Assembly (NCBI GenBank): GCA_965662135.1
Contig: CBFIGL010000013.1
Coordinates: 11,353 to 75,352, forward strand
Direction of reading: 5' to 3'
Origin: Planktotalea sp.
GTDB taxonomy: Bacteria > Pseudomonadota > Alphaproteobacteria > Rhodobacterales > Rhodobacteraceae
Length of the DNA stretch: 64,000 bases
Shown here: positions 27,323 to 38,059 of the stretch, piece by piece
Layout of the letters: every line of letters starts with the position of its first letter
Position numbering within the stretch: the first letter of the stretch is position 1
Notes under the pieces: generated by a model
Told to the model about the DNA's origin: nothing
Databases searched by the model: none
What the model saw: only the letters and a program-made list of their open reading frames with translations
Made by a program: the position numbers and the translations under genes

Positions 27323-28714
27323 ATGGACGGTACATTCAAAGACAATGACTACTCCAAAATCGTAGACGCTGATCGTGCGCACGTCTGGCACCATTTGATC
27401 CAGCACAAAGGGTTCGAGACCGGCGAGCCTCGCATCATTATCGAAGGCAAAGACATGAAGGTCTGGGACCAGCATGGCAAAGAGCATATTGATGCCGTCT
27501 CTGGTGGTGTGTGGACTGTGAACGTCGGCTATGGTCGCGAAAGCATTGCAAACGCTGTGCGTGACCAGCTGGTGAAGATGAACTTCTTTGGCGGCACAAC
27601 CGGCTCTATTCCAGGTGCGATTTTCGCGGAAAAACTGATCTCCAAGATGCCCGGTATGAGCCGCGTCTACTACGCGAACTCTGGGTCTGAAGCCAACGAG
27701 AAAGGCTTCAAAATCGTCCGTCAAATCGCGCACAAGCGCTATGGCGGCAAGAAGCACAAGATCCTGTATCGTGATCGCGACTACCACGGCTCTACCCTTG
27801 CGACCATGTCCGCAGGCGGTCAGGACGAGCGCAACGCGCAATACGGCCCCTTCGCCCCCGGTTTCATCCGCGTTCCGCATTGCATGGAATACCGCAAGCA
27901 TGAACAGGACGGCGCGCCAGAAGAGAACTATGGCGTTTGGGCAGCTAATCAGATTGAAGAAGTCATTCTGCGCGAAGGTGCTGACACAATCGGTGCGCTT
28001 TGCCTTGAGCCTGTGACAGCTGGCGGCGGTGTCATCACCCCTCCGGAAGGCTATTGGGAGCGCGTTCAGGAAATCTGCAAAAAGTATGATATCTTGCTAC
28101 ACATCGACGAAGTCGTTTGCGGCGTGGGTCGTACAGGTGTTTGGTTCGGTTATCAAAACTACGGCATCAAACCGGACATCGTCACAATGGCAAAAGGTGT
28201 GGCGTCCGGTTACGCCGCAATCTCTTGCTGTGTGACGACGGAAGAAGTCTTTGACATGTTCAAAGACGATTCATCTGATCCGCTGAACTACTTCCGCGAT
28301 ATTTCTACCTTTGGTGGCTGTACTGCGGGACCTGCTGCGGCAATCGAAAACATGCGCATCATAGAGGACGAAAACCTCATGGCCAATACCCTTACCATGG
28401 GCGAGCGGATGATGAACAACCTTCACACTTTGGCTGAAAAGCACGCCGTTATCGGTGATGTGCGCGGTAAAGGTCTGTTCATCGGGGCCGAACTGGTTTC
28501 GGATCGCGACACCAAAGAAGCGATGAACGAGAAAATGGTTGGCGCAGTTGTTGCCGATTGTATGGCGCAAGGCGTTATCATCGGGGCTACGAACCGTTCA
28601 ATCCCGGGCAAGAACAACACGCTGTGCTTTTCGCCTGCCTTGATCGCGACCGCGGATGATATCGATCATATCACAGATGCGGTTGACCAAGCCTTGGGGC
28701 GCGTCTTCAGTTAA
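27323..28714 (+). CDS. tpa: Taurine--pyruvate aminotransferase (class III)
   Basis: Start reassigned to MDGTFKDND. SGSEANE, YHG, DEVVCGVGRTG and PLP lysine in MAKGVASGY. Divergent from tauABC. Confidence 0.9.
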   Translation: MDGTFKDNDYSKIVDADRAHVWHHLIQHKGFETGEPRIIIEGKDMKVWDQHGKEHIDAVSGGVWTVNVGYGRESIANAVRDQLVKMNFFGGTTGSIPGAIFAEKLISKMPGMSRVYYANSGSEANEKGFKIVRQIAHKRYGGKKHKILYRDRDYHGSTLATMSAGGQDERNAQYGPFAPGFIRVPHCMEYRKHEQDGAPEENYGVWAANQIEEVILREGADTIGALCLEPVTAGGGVITPPEGYWERVQEICKKYDILLHIDEVVCGVGRTGVWFGYQNYGIKPDIVTMAKGVASGYAAISCCVTTEEVFDMFKDDSSDPLNYFRDISTFGGCTAGPAAAIENMRIIEDENLMANTLTMGERMMNNLHTLAEKHAVIGDVRGKGLFIGAELVSDRDTKEAMNEKMVGAVVADCMAQGVIIGATNRSIPGKNNTLCFSPALIATADDIDHITDAVDQALGRVFS

Positions 28715-28735
28715 CCCGAAACCTGTAAGACATGC

Positions 28736-28771
28736 AAAACGCCGTTGGATCAAATGTCCGGCGGCGTTTTT
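28736..28771. terminator. Intrinsic terminator after tpa
   Basis: AAAACGCCGTTGGA...TCCGGCGGCGTTTTT. Confidence 0.8.
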
Positions 28772-28864
28772 CGTCGTTAGTGTCGCAGTCACGTACCTCT
28801 GCGTTGACCTGAACGCAGCGCTTAACATACGCTAGCGTAGGGAATCGTGAGCGAGGGCCGGTAA

Positions 28865-29365
28865 GTGGCACAAGTCAAATCTACATCTCTACCAGAATCC
28901 GCACATCTTAACGTGTATGAGCAACACGCAGGCGTCTATGCAGACTGCTTCAGTACCGAACTGCCAAAGGGCATTTCCTGAGAAAGTTTTATCAATGCGT
29001 TTTTCAACACTTGGCTGTTTCGCCTAGAGCGAGTCATCTTGGCGATCTTTGCTAGAAAGCCTTCAACGAGAGCCGATATCGCTGAACTTGCGACTGGCTC
29101 ATCCAATACAATGGCCGCGTGGCAGGTAGAACGTCGTGACAGCGATCAAATTCTGCTCGAAGTGCCGCATACGCCGATCCGTACTTGGCTAATGCGCACA
29201 GGGACAGCCGACGCGACTCAGCTCTATTTCGGCAGCGCTATTCTACCTCATGGATTTGACAGAAACGGCAATCCGAAGATGCCATTTCTGTTCCAGGCGC
29301 TTCTTGGTTTTCACAAACTTTATGCCCACGCGTTGCTTTATTGGGCCAAGCGCGCGCTTCGTTAG
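28865..29365 (+). pseudogene. Hypothetical protein interrupted by an in-frame TGA
   Basis: One frame reads MAQVKS...YADCFSTELPKGIS*ESFINAFFNTWLFRLERVILAIF...LLGFHKLY. TGA at 28979-28981. Confidence 0.7.
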
Positions 29366-29994
29366 ATCTTGCGCGCCACAACATAACGGGCGGGCGGGTC
29401 CACGGGATGATTGCCACATTCCACAATCTCGAAACCAGCCGCCTCGATCATCTGATCATAGGCGCTGACGCTAAAGGATTGCACAAAAGGCGCTTTTCCT
29501 AGTTTTTGGCCCAAGGGAACCAGCTTCATCAAAAGTCTTATTTTCCAACCCGCATCGCGCAAACAAGGCGTCTTCGTAATCAACAAACCACCCGGGCGCA
29601 AAGCGGCATGAGCCGCATCCAATGTCGCCGGAATATCGCGTAACAAATGCAGTAGGTTAAACGCCATAACCGCATCCAACCCCTCATGCACACGAATCCC
29701 GTCTAGGGCAGGGTGCGATTCAAAGCTCAGATTGGGCAGGCTGGTCTGCGCCACTTTGCGCCGTGCGATCTTGATCATTTCATCAGAAATGTCAGTGCCA
29801 TGATAGGTCTCGACACTTTCAGCCAGCAACAAGGCCGTTGATCCTGTGCCGCATCCAATCTCTAACACAGTGTCCGCACTGCGCAGATGAGACCGTGTCC
29901 GTTCCAGCGTGTAGGTATAGGCATCCATATCACGGATCGGATCACGCGCGTATTTCTCAGCGGCACCGTCCCAAAATTTAGCATCTTCAATCAT
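29362..29994 (-). CDS. Class I SAM-dependent methyltransferase
   Basis: VLEIGCGTG, DISDEMI and LRPGG motifs. Confidence 0.9.
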   Translation of the reverse strand: MIEDAKFWDGAAEKYARDPIRDMDAYTYTLERTRSHLRSADTVLEIGCGTGSTALLLAESVETYHGTDISDEMIKIARRKVAQTSLPNLSFESHPALDGIRVHEGLDAVMAFNLLHLLRDIPATLDAAHAALRPGGLLITKTPCLRDAGWKIRLLMKLVPLGQKLGKAPFVQSFSVSAYDQMIEAAGFEIVECGNHPVDPPARYVVARKI

Positions 29995-30077
29995 CGCTAT
30001 CTCCTTTCCTCCACCTTAAAGTATGCATGTATTATATAGGAATTGCCGAATTTTGTTGTTGTGTTATGCATTAACGC

Positions 30078-30974
30078 ATGAATTGGCAGGCGATCTCATA
30101 TGACTGGAACCAAACACGCGCGTTTCTGGCCGTCGTGGAAGAAGGGTCGCTGTCCTCGGCCGCACGGGTCTTAAACCAGACCCAACCTACAATCGGACGT
30201 CAGATTTCAGCACTGGAAGCCGCGCTAGGCGTCACCTTGTTCGAACGCGCGGGACGTTCTTTGATTGTCACGCGCACGGGCTTGGATTTGGCCGAACACG
30301 TCCGCGCTATGGCCGATGCCGCAGGACGCATTTCTATGCTTGCTTCGGGTCAGTCGCAAACCATCGAAGGGGTGGTGCGCATCGCCGCCTCGGAACTCTT
30401 CGCGGCTTATTTATTACCACCGATCTTAGCAAAACTGCGCAGCGTCGCCCCGAAAATCGACATAGACATCGTGGCCAGCAATTCCATTAGCGACCTTTTG
30501 CAGCGCGAAGCAGATGTAGCTGTGCGCAATGTGCGCCCCGAACAGCCAGACCTGATTGCACGCCTCGTTCATGAATCGAGCGGGCGCTACTACGCCTCTA
30601 AATCCTATCTCAGAAAACGCGGATGGCCCAAATCTATCGCAGATTTCCCGGACCATGATTTTGTGGGGTTTAGCGATGCTGATCAAATGATTGGCCACTA
30701 CCGCCAACTCGGTGTTGAACTCGAAACACGGCATTTCAGAATTGGCTCAAGCAACAGTCTCGTTGCGTGGGAACTGGTAAAACAAGGTTTTGGAATTGCA
30801 CCAATGTCGGTTGATGTTGCGCGACACGCACCTGATCTTGAAACGCTTTTCCCCGACAGTGACGCGCTGACTTTCCCAACATGGCTGGTCACGCACCGTG
30901 AACTTCACACGTCACGCAGGATTAGATTGGTATTTGATTTGCTAGCGCAAGAATTGCCCAAGCACATGGCTTGA
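30078..30974 (+). CDS. LysR-family regulator
   Basis: GSLSSAARVLNQTQPTIGRQISALE...LFER. Divergent from the methyltransferase. Confidence 0.93.
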   Translation: MNWQAISYDWNQTRAFLAVVEEGSLSSAARVLNQTQPTIGRQISALEAALGVTLFERAGRSLIVTRTGLDLAEHVRAMADAAGRISMLASGQSQTIEGVVRIAASELFAAYLLPPILAKLRSVAPKIDIDIVASNSISDLLQREADVAVRNVRPEQPDLIARLVHESSGRYYASKSYLRKRGWPKSIADFPDHDFVGFSDADQMIGHYRQLGVELETRHFRIGSSNSLVAWELVKQGFGIAPMSVDVARHAPDLETLFPDSDALTFPTWLVTHRELHTSRRIRLVFDLLAQELPKHMA

Positions 30975-31004
30975 CCGCACACCTGCGCCATCGCAGCATG
31001 GCAT

Positions 31005-32171
31005 ATGTCCAACGCCCCAATTTACAACATTGATTCCTCCAAATTTTGGGTTGATCCCTATCCCGATTTAGCCGTTTTGCGCGCCAAGATGCCGATCGCC
31101 TATGTGCCCGAACTTGGCGCGACCTTGCTGACCAAGCGCGACGATATTTTTCGACAGGAAAAGCGCACGGATGTGTTTAGCTCGTTACAGCCCGGGGGGT
31201 TGATGACGACTTTGATGGGCGAAAACATGATGCGCAAGGATGGGGCTGCACATCAGGCTGAACGTAAAATGATCTTTCCCAGCGTGTCACCCCGCACTGT
31301 GCGTGATGTGTGGAAAGCCCAGTTTGAAAGCGCGACAAACGCGATCTTGGACCGCCTAGGCACCATGACCATCGGTGATCTTGTCCGCGACTTTGCCATG
31401 CCTGTTTCTGCGGAAGCACTGAAATCCATCACTGGTCTCACCAATATGCATTTCGCTGAAATGGACCGCGTCAGCCAAGGCATGATCGACGGATGTGCCA
31501 ATTATGCTGGCGACCCTGAGGTCGAGGCGAATTGCAATGATTGCACCGCCTCCATCGACGCCCACATAGACGCGCAAATTCCGATCTTGCAGGCCAGTCC
31601 TGACCTGTCCTTGCTGTCGGTGTCGATGAAAGCGGGCATGCCAATGGACCAAATTCGTGCGAACATCAAACTTGCCATTTCGGGCGGTCAGAATGAGCCC
31701 CGCGATGCGATTGCAGGGGCCATTGCCACGCTCTTGGAACATCCTGAACAATTGCAAATGGCACTAAAGGGCGAAATCACATGGCTGCAAGTGTTCGAAG
31801 AATACGCGCGTTGGATGTCGCCTATCGGCATGTCCCCGCGCCGTATCGCGCGCCAAGACACCATCAACGACGTCACCTTTGAACCAGAGGATCGCGCATT
31901 TTTGATGTTTGGCTCTGGCAATCGCGATGAAGACATTTTCGCCAGTCCCGATCAATTCGACGCCACACGCGACACGACCAAGGCCATCTCTTTCGGCGCA
32001 GGTCCGCATTTCTGTGCAGGCGCATGGGCGTCACGCTGCATGATCGCAGAGGTGGCTTTGCCCATGTTCTTCGCGCGTCTGAAAGATATCGAATTGCGCG
32101 AACCCGTCGCCTATCGCGGCTGGGCGTTTCGTGGGCCACTCAAGGTTCAAGCGAACTGGTTGGTACAATAA
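31005..32171 (+). CDS. Cytochrome P450 with atypical I-helix
   Basis: Heme motif FGAGPHFCAG, EYAR (ExxR) and I-helix GGQNEP. Confidence 0.92.
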   Translation: MSNAPIYNIDSSKFWVDPYPDLAVLRAKMPIAYVPELGATLLTKRDDIFRQEKRTDVFSSLQPGGLMTTLMGENMMRKDGAAHQAERKMIFPSVSPRTVRDVWKAQFESATNAILDRLGTMTIGDLVRDFAMPVSAEALKSITGLTNMHFAEMDRVSQGMIDGCANYAGDPEVEANCNDCTASIDAHIDAQIPILQASPDLSLLSVSMKAGMPMDQIRANIKLAISGGQNEPRDAIAGAIATLLEHPEQLQMALKGEITWLQVFEEYARWMSPIGMSPRRIARQDTINDVTFEPEDRAFLMFGSGNRDEDIFASPDQFDATRDTTKAISFGAGPHFCAGAWASRCMIAEVALPMFFARLKDIELREPVAYRGWAFRGPLKVQANWLVQ

Positions 32172-32211
32172 AACGATTTGCACAGACCACATTCTGAAGT
32201 AGCGATAGGGC

Positions 32212-32808
32212 ATGAGCTTTGACCTACTCCTTGCGCTGACTTTGTTCGCCTTCGTGTCCTCGATCACTCCGGGACCAAACAATCTTATGCTAATGGCCTC
32301 TGGTGCAAATTTCGGCTTTCGTCGCACGATCCCGCATATGCTTGGGGTCGGCATCGGCTTTACGGTGATGATCGTTCTGGTTGGCGTTGGCTTGGTGCAG
32401 ATCTTTGATCTTTATCCGATCTCGCATCAAATTCTGAAAGTGGTCAGCGTTATCTACTTGCTCTGGCTCGCGTGGAAAATCGCCAATGCCGCGGCCCCCG
32501 AAGGCGATGTGCAAAGCGAGAGTAGCCCTATCACCTTTATTCAGGCGGCGTTGTTCCAATGGGTGAATCCCAAAGCATGGACCATGGCGCTGACCGCAAT
32601 CTCTGCCTACACGCCAACTCAAACCCTGACTTCAGTTCTGCTGGTTGCGCTTGTGTTCGGCATCGTGAATCTGCCCAACGTGTCAGTCTGGACAGTCCTA
32701 GGCGAACAAATGGCGCGCTTTCTCACAAGTGCTGCAAGATTGCGCGCGTTCAACTGGCTTATGGCGATCTTGCTTGTCGCCTCGCTTTATCCGGTAGTAT
32801 TGGCCTGA
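32212..32808 (+). CDS. LysE-family exporter
   Basis: SITPGPNN, YLLWLAWKI and QWVNPKAW motifs. Confidence 0.92.
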   Translation: MSFDLLLALTLFAFVSSITPGPNNLMLMASGANFGFRRTIPHMLGVGIGFTVMIVLVGVGLVQIFDLYPISHQILKVVSVIYLLWLAWKIANAAAPEGDVQSESSPITFIQAALFQWVNPKAWTMALTAISAYTPTQTLTSVLLVALVFGIVNLPNVSVWTVLGEQMARFLTSAARLRAFNWLMAILLVASLYPVVLA

Positions 32809-33640
32809 AGCGGGACGTAGATCTGCGTCAATAAATCTGCAGGGGCTGTGTCCATGGGCGAATTCAAATAAACCTCATAACTTGGTTGATCCGCAGGCAG
32901 TCGGCCAGATTTCAGCAACCATTGCCCATAAAGCCACTCTTAGGCGTGTTGCAGACCTGAATATGCCCCTTTCATCACCAGAACCGCGCTTTCCCCGCCC
33001 GGGATCATGACCTCTTCCAAACCCTCTGGCACCACCAAATCTGTCGCCAACTCCACAGCCGCATGAGAACGCAACTCCGCCTCAGGCACTGTCGAGGGAT
33101 CGTCATAATATATCCCGACCATTCCGCGCGCATGGCCCCAAAGATTATGCGCCGTAAAGACGGCGGCCACCTTTTCATAGCTTTTGCTGAGCCCGTTATA
33201 GGCACCAACATGCGCCATCGCAGCCAGCCGCCGTTTCGGCGCGGTCTCAATTTTCACATCATACATATCAAGCTTTCCTGCTTTTCTGGTTAAGGTTAGG
33301 ACATGCTGCGCTTGGGCGTCGCGAATTTCCAAAGGCTTGGCATCAAACACCTCGCGAAAGGCGCGGGTGAAACTTTGCGTGTTGTTATACCCGACTTCGC
33401 GCGCGATTTTTGCCAAGGGCCAGTCGGTCTGCACCAACCAGAACGCCGCGCGGTGCATACGCACACGTCGCACGATCTGCGCACAACTTTCCCCTGTCAA
33501 AGCAGAAAAACCCTATGCCAATGAAACCGCGACTTTGCAGCGACATCCGCGAGAGCATCCAACGATAGATCAGCGCTTGGGTTGGAATAGATGTAATCTA
33601 TCACCCGTGAGATGCGCTTATCATAACTGTGCTGGTTCAT
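32787..33640 (-). pseudogene. AraC regulator with GyrI-like domain, frameshift plus nonsense codon
   Basis: SRFHWHRVF, then a 1-nt loss in a T run (33506-33510), then TGESCAQ...QSFTRAF. TAA at 32940-32942, after which EWLYGQWL...YEVYLNSP...TQIYVPL continues in frame. Confidence 0.85.
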
Positions 33641-33764
33641 GTCTGAAGTCCTCGTGAATGCTGTTCCAGCAATACGCAAAGCAGATGGACTGATCTTGCT
33701 TTATTGCATCTGACCCAGAGGCGCGCCATATAAGCATGAAGAATTCAGTAAGTGAGCGTGCCCC

Positions 33765-34724
33765 ATGAACTATCTCGATTTCGAAAAACCACTGGCAGAA
33801 ATTGAAGGCAAAGCGGAAGAGCTGCGCGCAATGGCACGCGCGAATGAAGAAGCTAAGGTAGAAGACGAAGCCGCAGCGCTGGATCAAAAAGCCGCTGATT
33901 TGCTGGTCGAACTTTATGCAAGCCTAACGCCTTGGCGCAAATGCCAAGTCGCGCGTCACCCCGAACGCCCCCATTGCGCGGATTATTTGTCTTCGATCTT
34001 TACAGATTATACGCCCCTCGCAGGGGATCGCGGTTTTGCAGACGATCATGCGGTCATGGGTGGTCTTGCCCGTTTCAAAGATCGCCCGGTCGTGGTGATT
34101 GGTCAGGACAAAGGCAACGACACAGCCACGCGGATCGAACGTAATTTCGGCATGGCCCGCCCCGAAGGTTACCGTAAAGCGATCCGCCTGATGGAAATGG
34201 CCAGCAAGTTTAACCTGCCTGTCGTGACGCTGGTGGACACCCCCGGCGCATACCCCGGCAAAGGTGCCGAAGAGCGCGGGCAATCCGAAGCCATCGCGCG
34301 CTCGACCGAGATGTGTTTGCAGATTGGCGTTCCCTTGGTCAGCGTCATCATTGGCGAAGGCGGATCTGGCGGTGCGGTAGCATTCGCGACCGCGAATAAA
34401 TTGGCGATGCTAGAGCATTCTGTTTATTCAGTGATTTCGCCGGAAGGCTGCGCGTCGATCCTTTGGAAAGACAGCGATAAAATGCGCGAAGCGGCGGAAG
34501 CCCTGCGTCTGACCGCGCAAGATTTGCAGAAATTGGGTGTGGTAGATCGCATCGTGGACGAGCCTTCAGGCGGCGCACACCGCGACCGCGCGGCGACAAT
34601 GGACGCGGTCAGCAACACGATTGGCGCGATGCTGGATGACTTGCAAGGCATGGACGGCAGAGCGTTGATCCAAGCGCGCCGCGAAAAGTTCTTGGCGATG
34701 GGATCTAAAGGTTTGGCGGCTTAA
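33765..34724 (+). CDS. accA: Acetyl-CoA carboxylase carboxyltransferase alpha
   Basis: [34 protein letters not shown] and GEGGSGGA motifs. Confidence 0.97.
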   Translation: MNYLDFEKPLAEIEGKAEELRAMARANEEAKVEDEAAALDQKAADLLVELYASLTPWRKCQVARHPERPHCADYLSSIFTDYTPLAGDRGFADDHAVMGGLARFKDRPVVVIGQDKGNDTATRIERNFGMARPEGYRKAIRLMEMASKFNLPVVTLVDTPGAYPGKGAEERGQSEAIARSTEMCLQIGVPLVSVIIGEGGSGGAVAFATANKLAMLEHSVYSVISPEGCASILWKDSDKMREAAEALRLTAQDLQKLGVVDRIVDEPSGGAHRDRAATMDAVSNTIGAMLDDLQGMDGRALIQARREKFLAMGSKGLAA

Positions 34725-34974
34725 GTTATTGGCGAGGTTCGACGCTTTTGAATTTAGTAGAACATTTAGCAATGATGTGGCAGCGGCTTTTACTTGTTTG
34801 GAAGAATGAGATATTTCTTTTTCGAAGGCCTTACTCCTGATAGCCTCGGCGAGTGTTTTGTCCCCGCGTTTGTTACTGTGGTTTTCGCTTTGGGCGGAAT
34901 TTTGACGATTGACTTACTAGCTAGGTAGGATCTTGGTCGGCTTAGTTCAAATTCCTTGAATAGGAAGCCAACTC

Positions 34975-35787
34975 TCAAACCTCATACGTCGGATGAAAGG
35001 TCCCCGCAGGTGAAAGCGTAAATATCTCGCAACCATCTTCAGTCACACCGATGGAATGCTCGAACTGCGCCGAGAGGGATTTATCCCGCGTCACGGCGGT
35101 CCAGTCATCGGCCAGCACCTTGGTCTCAGGACGGCCCAAATTCACCATCGGCTCAATCGTAAAGAACATGCCCGGTTCCAGAACAGCACCCGTGCCTGGC
35201 CGTCCATAATGCACAACATTGGGCGGCGCGTGGAACACGCGGCCCAGACCATGCCCGCAAAAGTCGCGCACGACGGACATGCGGTGGCCCTCGACGTAGG
35301 TCTGGATAGCAGCGCCAATATCGCCGAACGTATTGCCCGGTTTCACCGCTTCGATACCCTTGAACAAAGCATCATGCGTGACTTGCAACAAACGCTCGGT
35401 TTTACGCGACAGCTTGCCCGCCACATACATGCGCGACGTGTCGCCGAACCAACCGTCGACAATAACAGTGACGTCGATGTTCAAAATATCGCCGTCTTTC
35501 AGCTTCTTATCTCCGGGGATGCCGTGGCAGACCACATGGTTTACCGAAATACAGCTTGCGTGTTTGTAGCCCTTATAGCCAATCGTAGCAGAGGTCGCAC
35601 CGGCCGCCGTCACACGATCCTCGATAAACTTATCAATAACACCCGTCGTTTGACCGACCGTGACCAGTTCAGCGACCTCGTCCAAGATTTGCGCCGCCAG
35701 TTTGCCAGCCGCTGCCATGCCCGCAAAGTCCGCGTCCTCATAGATGCGAATGCCTTCTTTGGTCATGCGGCCTTTAGATCCGATCAT
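34975..35787 (-). CDS. map: Methionine aminopeptidase type I
   Basis: Start reassigned to 35787 (AAGGAG RBS). VCHGIP, NIDVT, GDTSR, GHG, FTIEPM and SAQFEH motifs. Confidence 0.96.
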   Translation of the reverse strand: MIGSKGRMTKEGIRIYEDADFAGMAAAGKLAAQILDEVAELVTVGQTTGVIDKFIEDRVTAAGATSATIGYKGYKHASCISVNHVVCHGIPGDKKLKDGDILNIDVTVIVDGWFGDTSRMYVAGKLSRKTERLLQVTHDALFKGIEAVKPGNTFGDIGAAIQTYVEGHRMSVVRDFCGHGLGRVFHAPPNVVHYGRPGTGAVLEPGMFFTIEPMVNLGRPETKVLADDWTAVTRDKSLSAQFEHSIGVTEDGCEIFTLSPAGTFHPTYEV

Positions 35788-35843
35788 GGGATGCTCCTTG
35801 GTGATTTGCTTGAGGCCTATGTAATTGGGAATGAGGCGGGGTT

Positions 35844-36551
35844 CTAGGGGGTGGGCAGAATTGTCAGAGGTTCCCCAACCCAAACACCCTCTGGCGTGAT
35901 CTTCGTCCCCAGACACATCACCTGGACCCCAGCTCCGCGCGCATCCGCAAATGCCTGCGCGTAGGTCGGGTCAATATCCCCTGCCAAAGTCATCTCCGTG
36001 CAATCTGTCCGCTGCACCAGATAAAGCATAACCGCGCGATGTCCTTCATCCACCATTGCGGACAACTCTGCCAAATGCTTCGCCCCGCGTTTGGTGACGC
36101 TATCGGGGAACTCTGCAAGACCAGCGCACCTACACAACGTCACGCTTTTCACCTCGATATAGGTATCCTGTCCGCCACCCTGCAAAAGGAAGTCAATGCG
36201 ACTGTTCTCGCCGTATTTCACCTCTGGCCGGACCACATCGTAATCACCCAAACCCGCAACCTCATGCGTCTCTAACGCCGCCTTCAAGGCGCGGTTGGGC
36301 ACAGAGGTATCCACCCCCGTGAAATGCCCATTCTCGTGATCGACCAAACGCCAGCCATATTTCAGCTTTTTCTTCGGGTCATCATTCGGCTCCAGCCATA
36401 TCTTCATGCCCTCATCCGCCAGCCCCATCATCGAACCGGGGTTGGCGCAATGGGCGGTGATCTCGCGGCCATCCTCCAGCCGCGCATCGGCAAGAAAGCG
36501 TTTGTAGCGACGTATTAGCCTAGCTGGCACGAGAGGGGTTTGAAAGCGCAT
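35844..36551 (-). CDS. sfsA: DNA/RNA nuclease SfsA
   Basis: Start reassigned to MRFQTP. RRYKRFLAD, HCANPGSM, SRIDFLL, EVKSVT and FPDSVT.RG.KHL motifs. Confidence 0.95.
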   Translation of the reverse strand: MRFQTPLVPARLIRRYKRFLADARLEDGREITAHCANPGSMMGLADEGMKIWLEPNDDPKKKLKYGWRLVDHENGHFTGVDTSVPNRALKAALETHEVAGLGDYDVVRPEVKYGENSRIDFLLQGGGQDTYIEVKSVTLCRCAGLAEFPDSVTKRGAKHLAELSAMVDEGHRAVMLYLVQRTDCTEMTLAGDIDPTYAQAFADARGAGVQVMCLGTKITPEGVWVGEPLTILPTP

Positions 36552-36599
36552 GACGCAAGGCCTATACCACAAGAAAGCACCCATCAAGGAGAGCCGAGA

Positions 36600-37322
36600 A
36601 TGCCCAACCCTACAGCCGCCATGTTGGTGATTGGCGATGAAATCCTCTCAGGTCGCACGCTTGATTCAAATACGAACCATCTGGCTAAGGAATTGACCGC
36701 CCATGGGATCGACCTGCGCGAAGTGCGTGTGGTTAGTGACGATGCACCCGCGATTGTTGCGGCAGTGAAAGCTTTGTCAGAAGCGTTTGAACATGTGTTC
36801 ACCAGTGGCGGTATTGGCCCGACCCATGATGATATTACGGCCGATTGCATCGCGTTGGCCTTTGGTGCCCATATCGACGTGCGCGAAGATGCGCGCGCGC
36901 TTTTGGCCGCGCATTATGAACGCCAAGGCAGCGAATTGAATGAAGCCCGTTTGCGTATGGCGCGCATCCCGGACGGGGCGATATTGATCGACAATCCGGT
37001 ATCTGTTGCGCCGGGTTTCATTCTTGAAAACGTGCATGTCATGGCGGGTGTTCCATCCGTGTTCAAAGCGATGGTCGCAAGCGTGTTGCCGACGCTTACA
37101 GGTGGCGCACCTCTGCTAAGCCAAAGCCTGCGCATTGATCGCGGAGAAGGGGATATTGCGGGACCACTGGGTAAATTGGCACAGGATTACCCCGAACTCT
37201 CTATCGGATCCTACCCGTTTCAAAAGGATGGTAAATACGGCTCTAATATCGTGATCCGTGGACATGATGCGTCGCAAATCGACTCGGCTATTGCGCGCCT
37301 TGCTTTGGAGATGTCTGCGTGA
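36600..37322 (+). CDS. CinA-like molybdopterin-binding-domain protein
   Basis: Start reassigned to MPNPTAAML. IGDEILSG, SGGIGPTHDDIT and GVP motifs. Confidence 0.9.
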   Translation: MPNPTAAMLVIGDEILSGRTLDSNTNHLAKELTAHGIDLREVRVVSDDAPAIVAAVKALSEAFEHVFTSGGIGPTHDDITADCIALAFGAHIDVREDARALLAAHYERQGSELNEARLRMARIPDGAILIDNPVSVAPGFILENVHVMAGVPSVFKAMVASVLPTLTGGAPLLSQSLRIDRGEGDIAGPLGKLAQDYPELSIGSYPFQKDGKYGSNIVIRGHDASQIDSAIARLALEMSA

Positions 37323-38047
37323 CGACCTTGCCAAGTATCGAAACCCTTTACGACGTTTGCGCCGCGACGTGGCCTGCGGCTGTTGAGACGCGGGTTGGGC
37401 CTTGGACAATCCGTGATGGCCAAGGCGGCGGCCAGCGTGTGTCAGCCACAACCGCTGACGGTGCATTCGGTGTAAGCGATCTGGCAAGCGCAGAGGTGGC
37501 GATGCAGAAGCTTGGGCAGCCAAATCTGTTCATGGTGCGTGACGGGGAAACAGAACTTGACGAAATGCTTCAAAACAACGGCTACGCGATCAAAGATCCG
37601 GTCAACTTCTACACATGCCCCATCACACAGCTTACGGACGTTGAGATCCCGCGCGTCACGGCCTTCACTATTTGGGAACCCTTGCAAATCATGCACGACA
37701 TTTGGGCGAAAGGGGGCATCAATGCTGCACGCTTTGGCGTGATGCAACGGGCCCAATGTCCTAAAACGGCCTTGCTGGGGCGGTGGAATGATCAACCTGC
37801 TGGAACCGGATATGTCGCGATCTATGAAGGTGTCGCTATGGTTCACGCGCTGGAAATTCTGGAACACCAACGCGGGATGGGGGTCGGCAAATGGATGATG
37901 CGCCGCGCCGCTGTCTGGGCCGAAACGCAGGGCGCAGCCCATATGTCCGTAATCTGCACACGAGAAAATGACGCAGCGAACGGGCTTTACACCTCGCTTG
38001 GGATGACGCTGACTGGTAGGTATCACTACCGTATCAAGCTTGATTGA
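37319..38047 (+). CDS. GNAT acetyltransferase
   Basis: QRGMGVG acetyl-CoA motif and N.AANGLY.SLG. Confidence 0.85.
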   Translation: MTTLPSIETLYDVCAATWPAAVETRVGPWTIRDGQGGGQRVSATTADGAFGVSDLASAEVAMQKLGQPNLFMVRDGETELDEMLQNNGYAIKDPVNFYTCPITQLTDVEIPRVTAFTIWEPLQIMHDIWAKGGINAARFGVMQRAQCPKTALLGRWNDQPAGTGYVAIYEGVAMVHALEILEHQRGMGVGKWMMRRAAVWAETQGAAHMSVICTRENDAANGLYTSLGMTLTGRYHYRIKLD

Positions 38048-38059
38048 AGGACATTTCAG

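Noticed and set aside
28979-28981. Selenocysteine or readthrough at the in-frame TGA
   Set aside because: The context (IS*ESF) suits Leu (TTA to TGA) rather than Cys, and I see no convincing SECIS. A simple nonsense mutation is more likely.
34725-34974. AT-rich gap between accA and map with a 62-aa minus ORF and a ~40-aa hydrophobic plus ORF from 34806
   Set aside because: No clear RBS or motif. Possibly a gene remnant, but not supportable.
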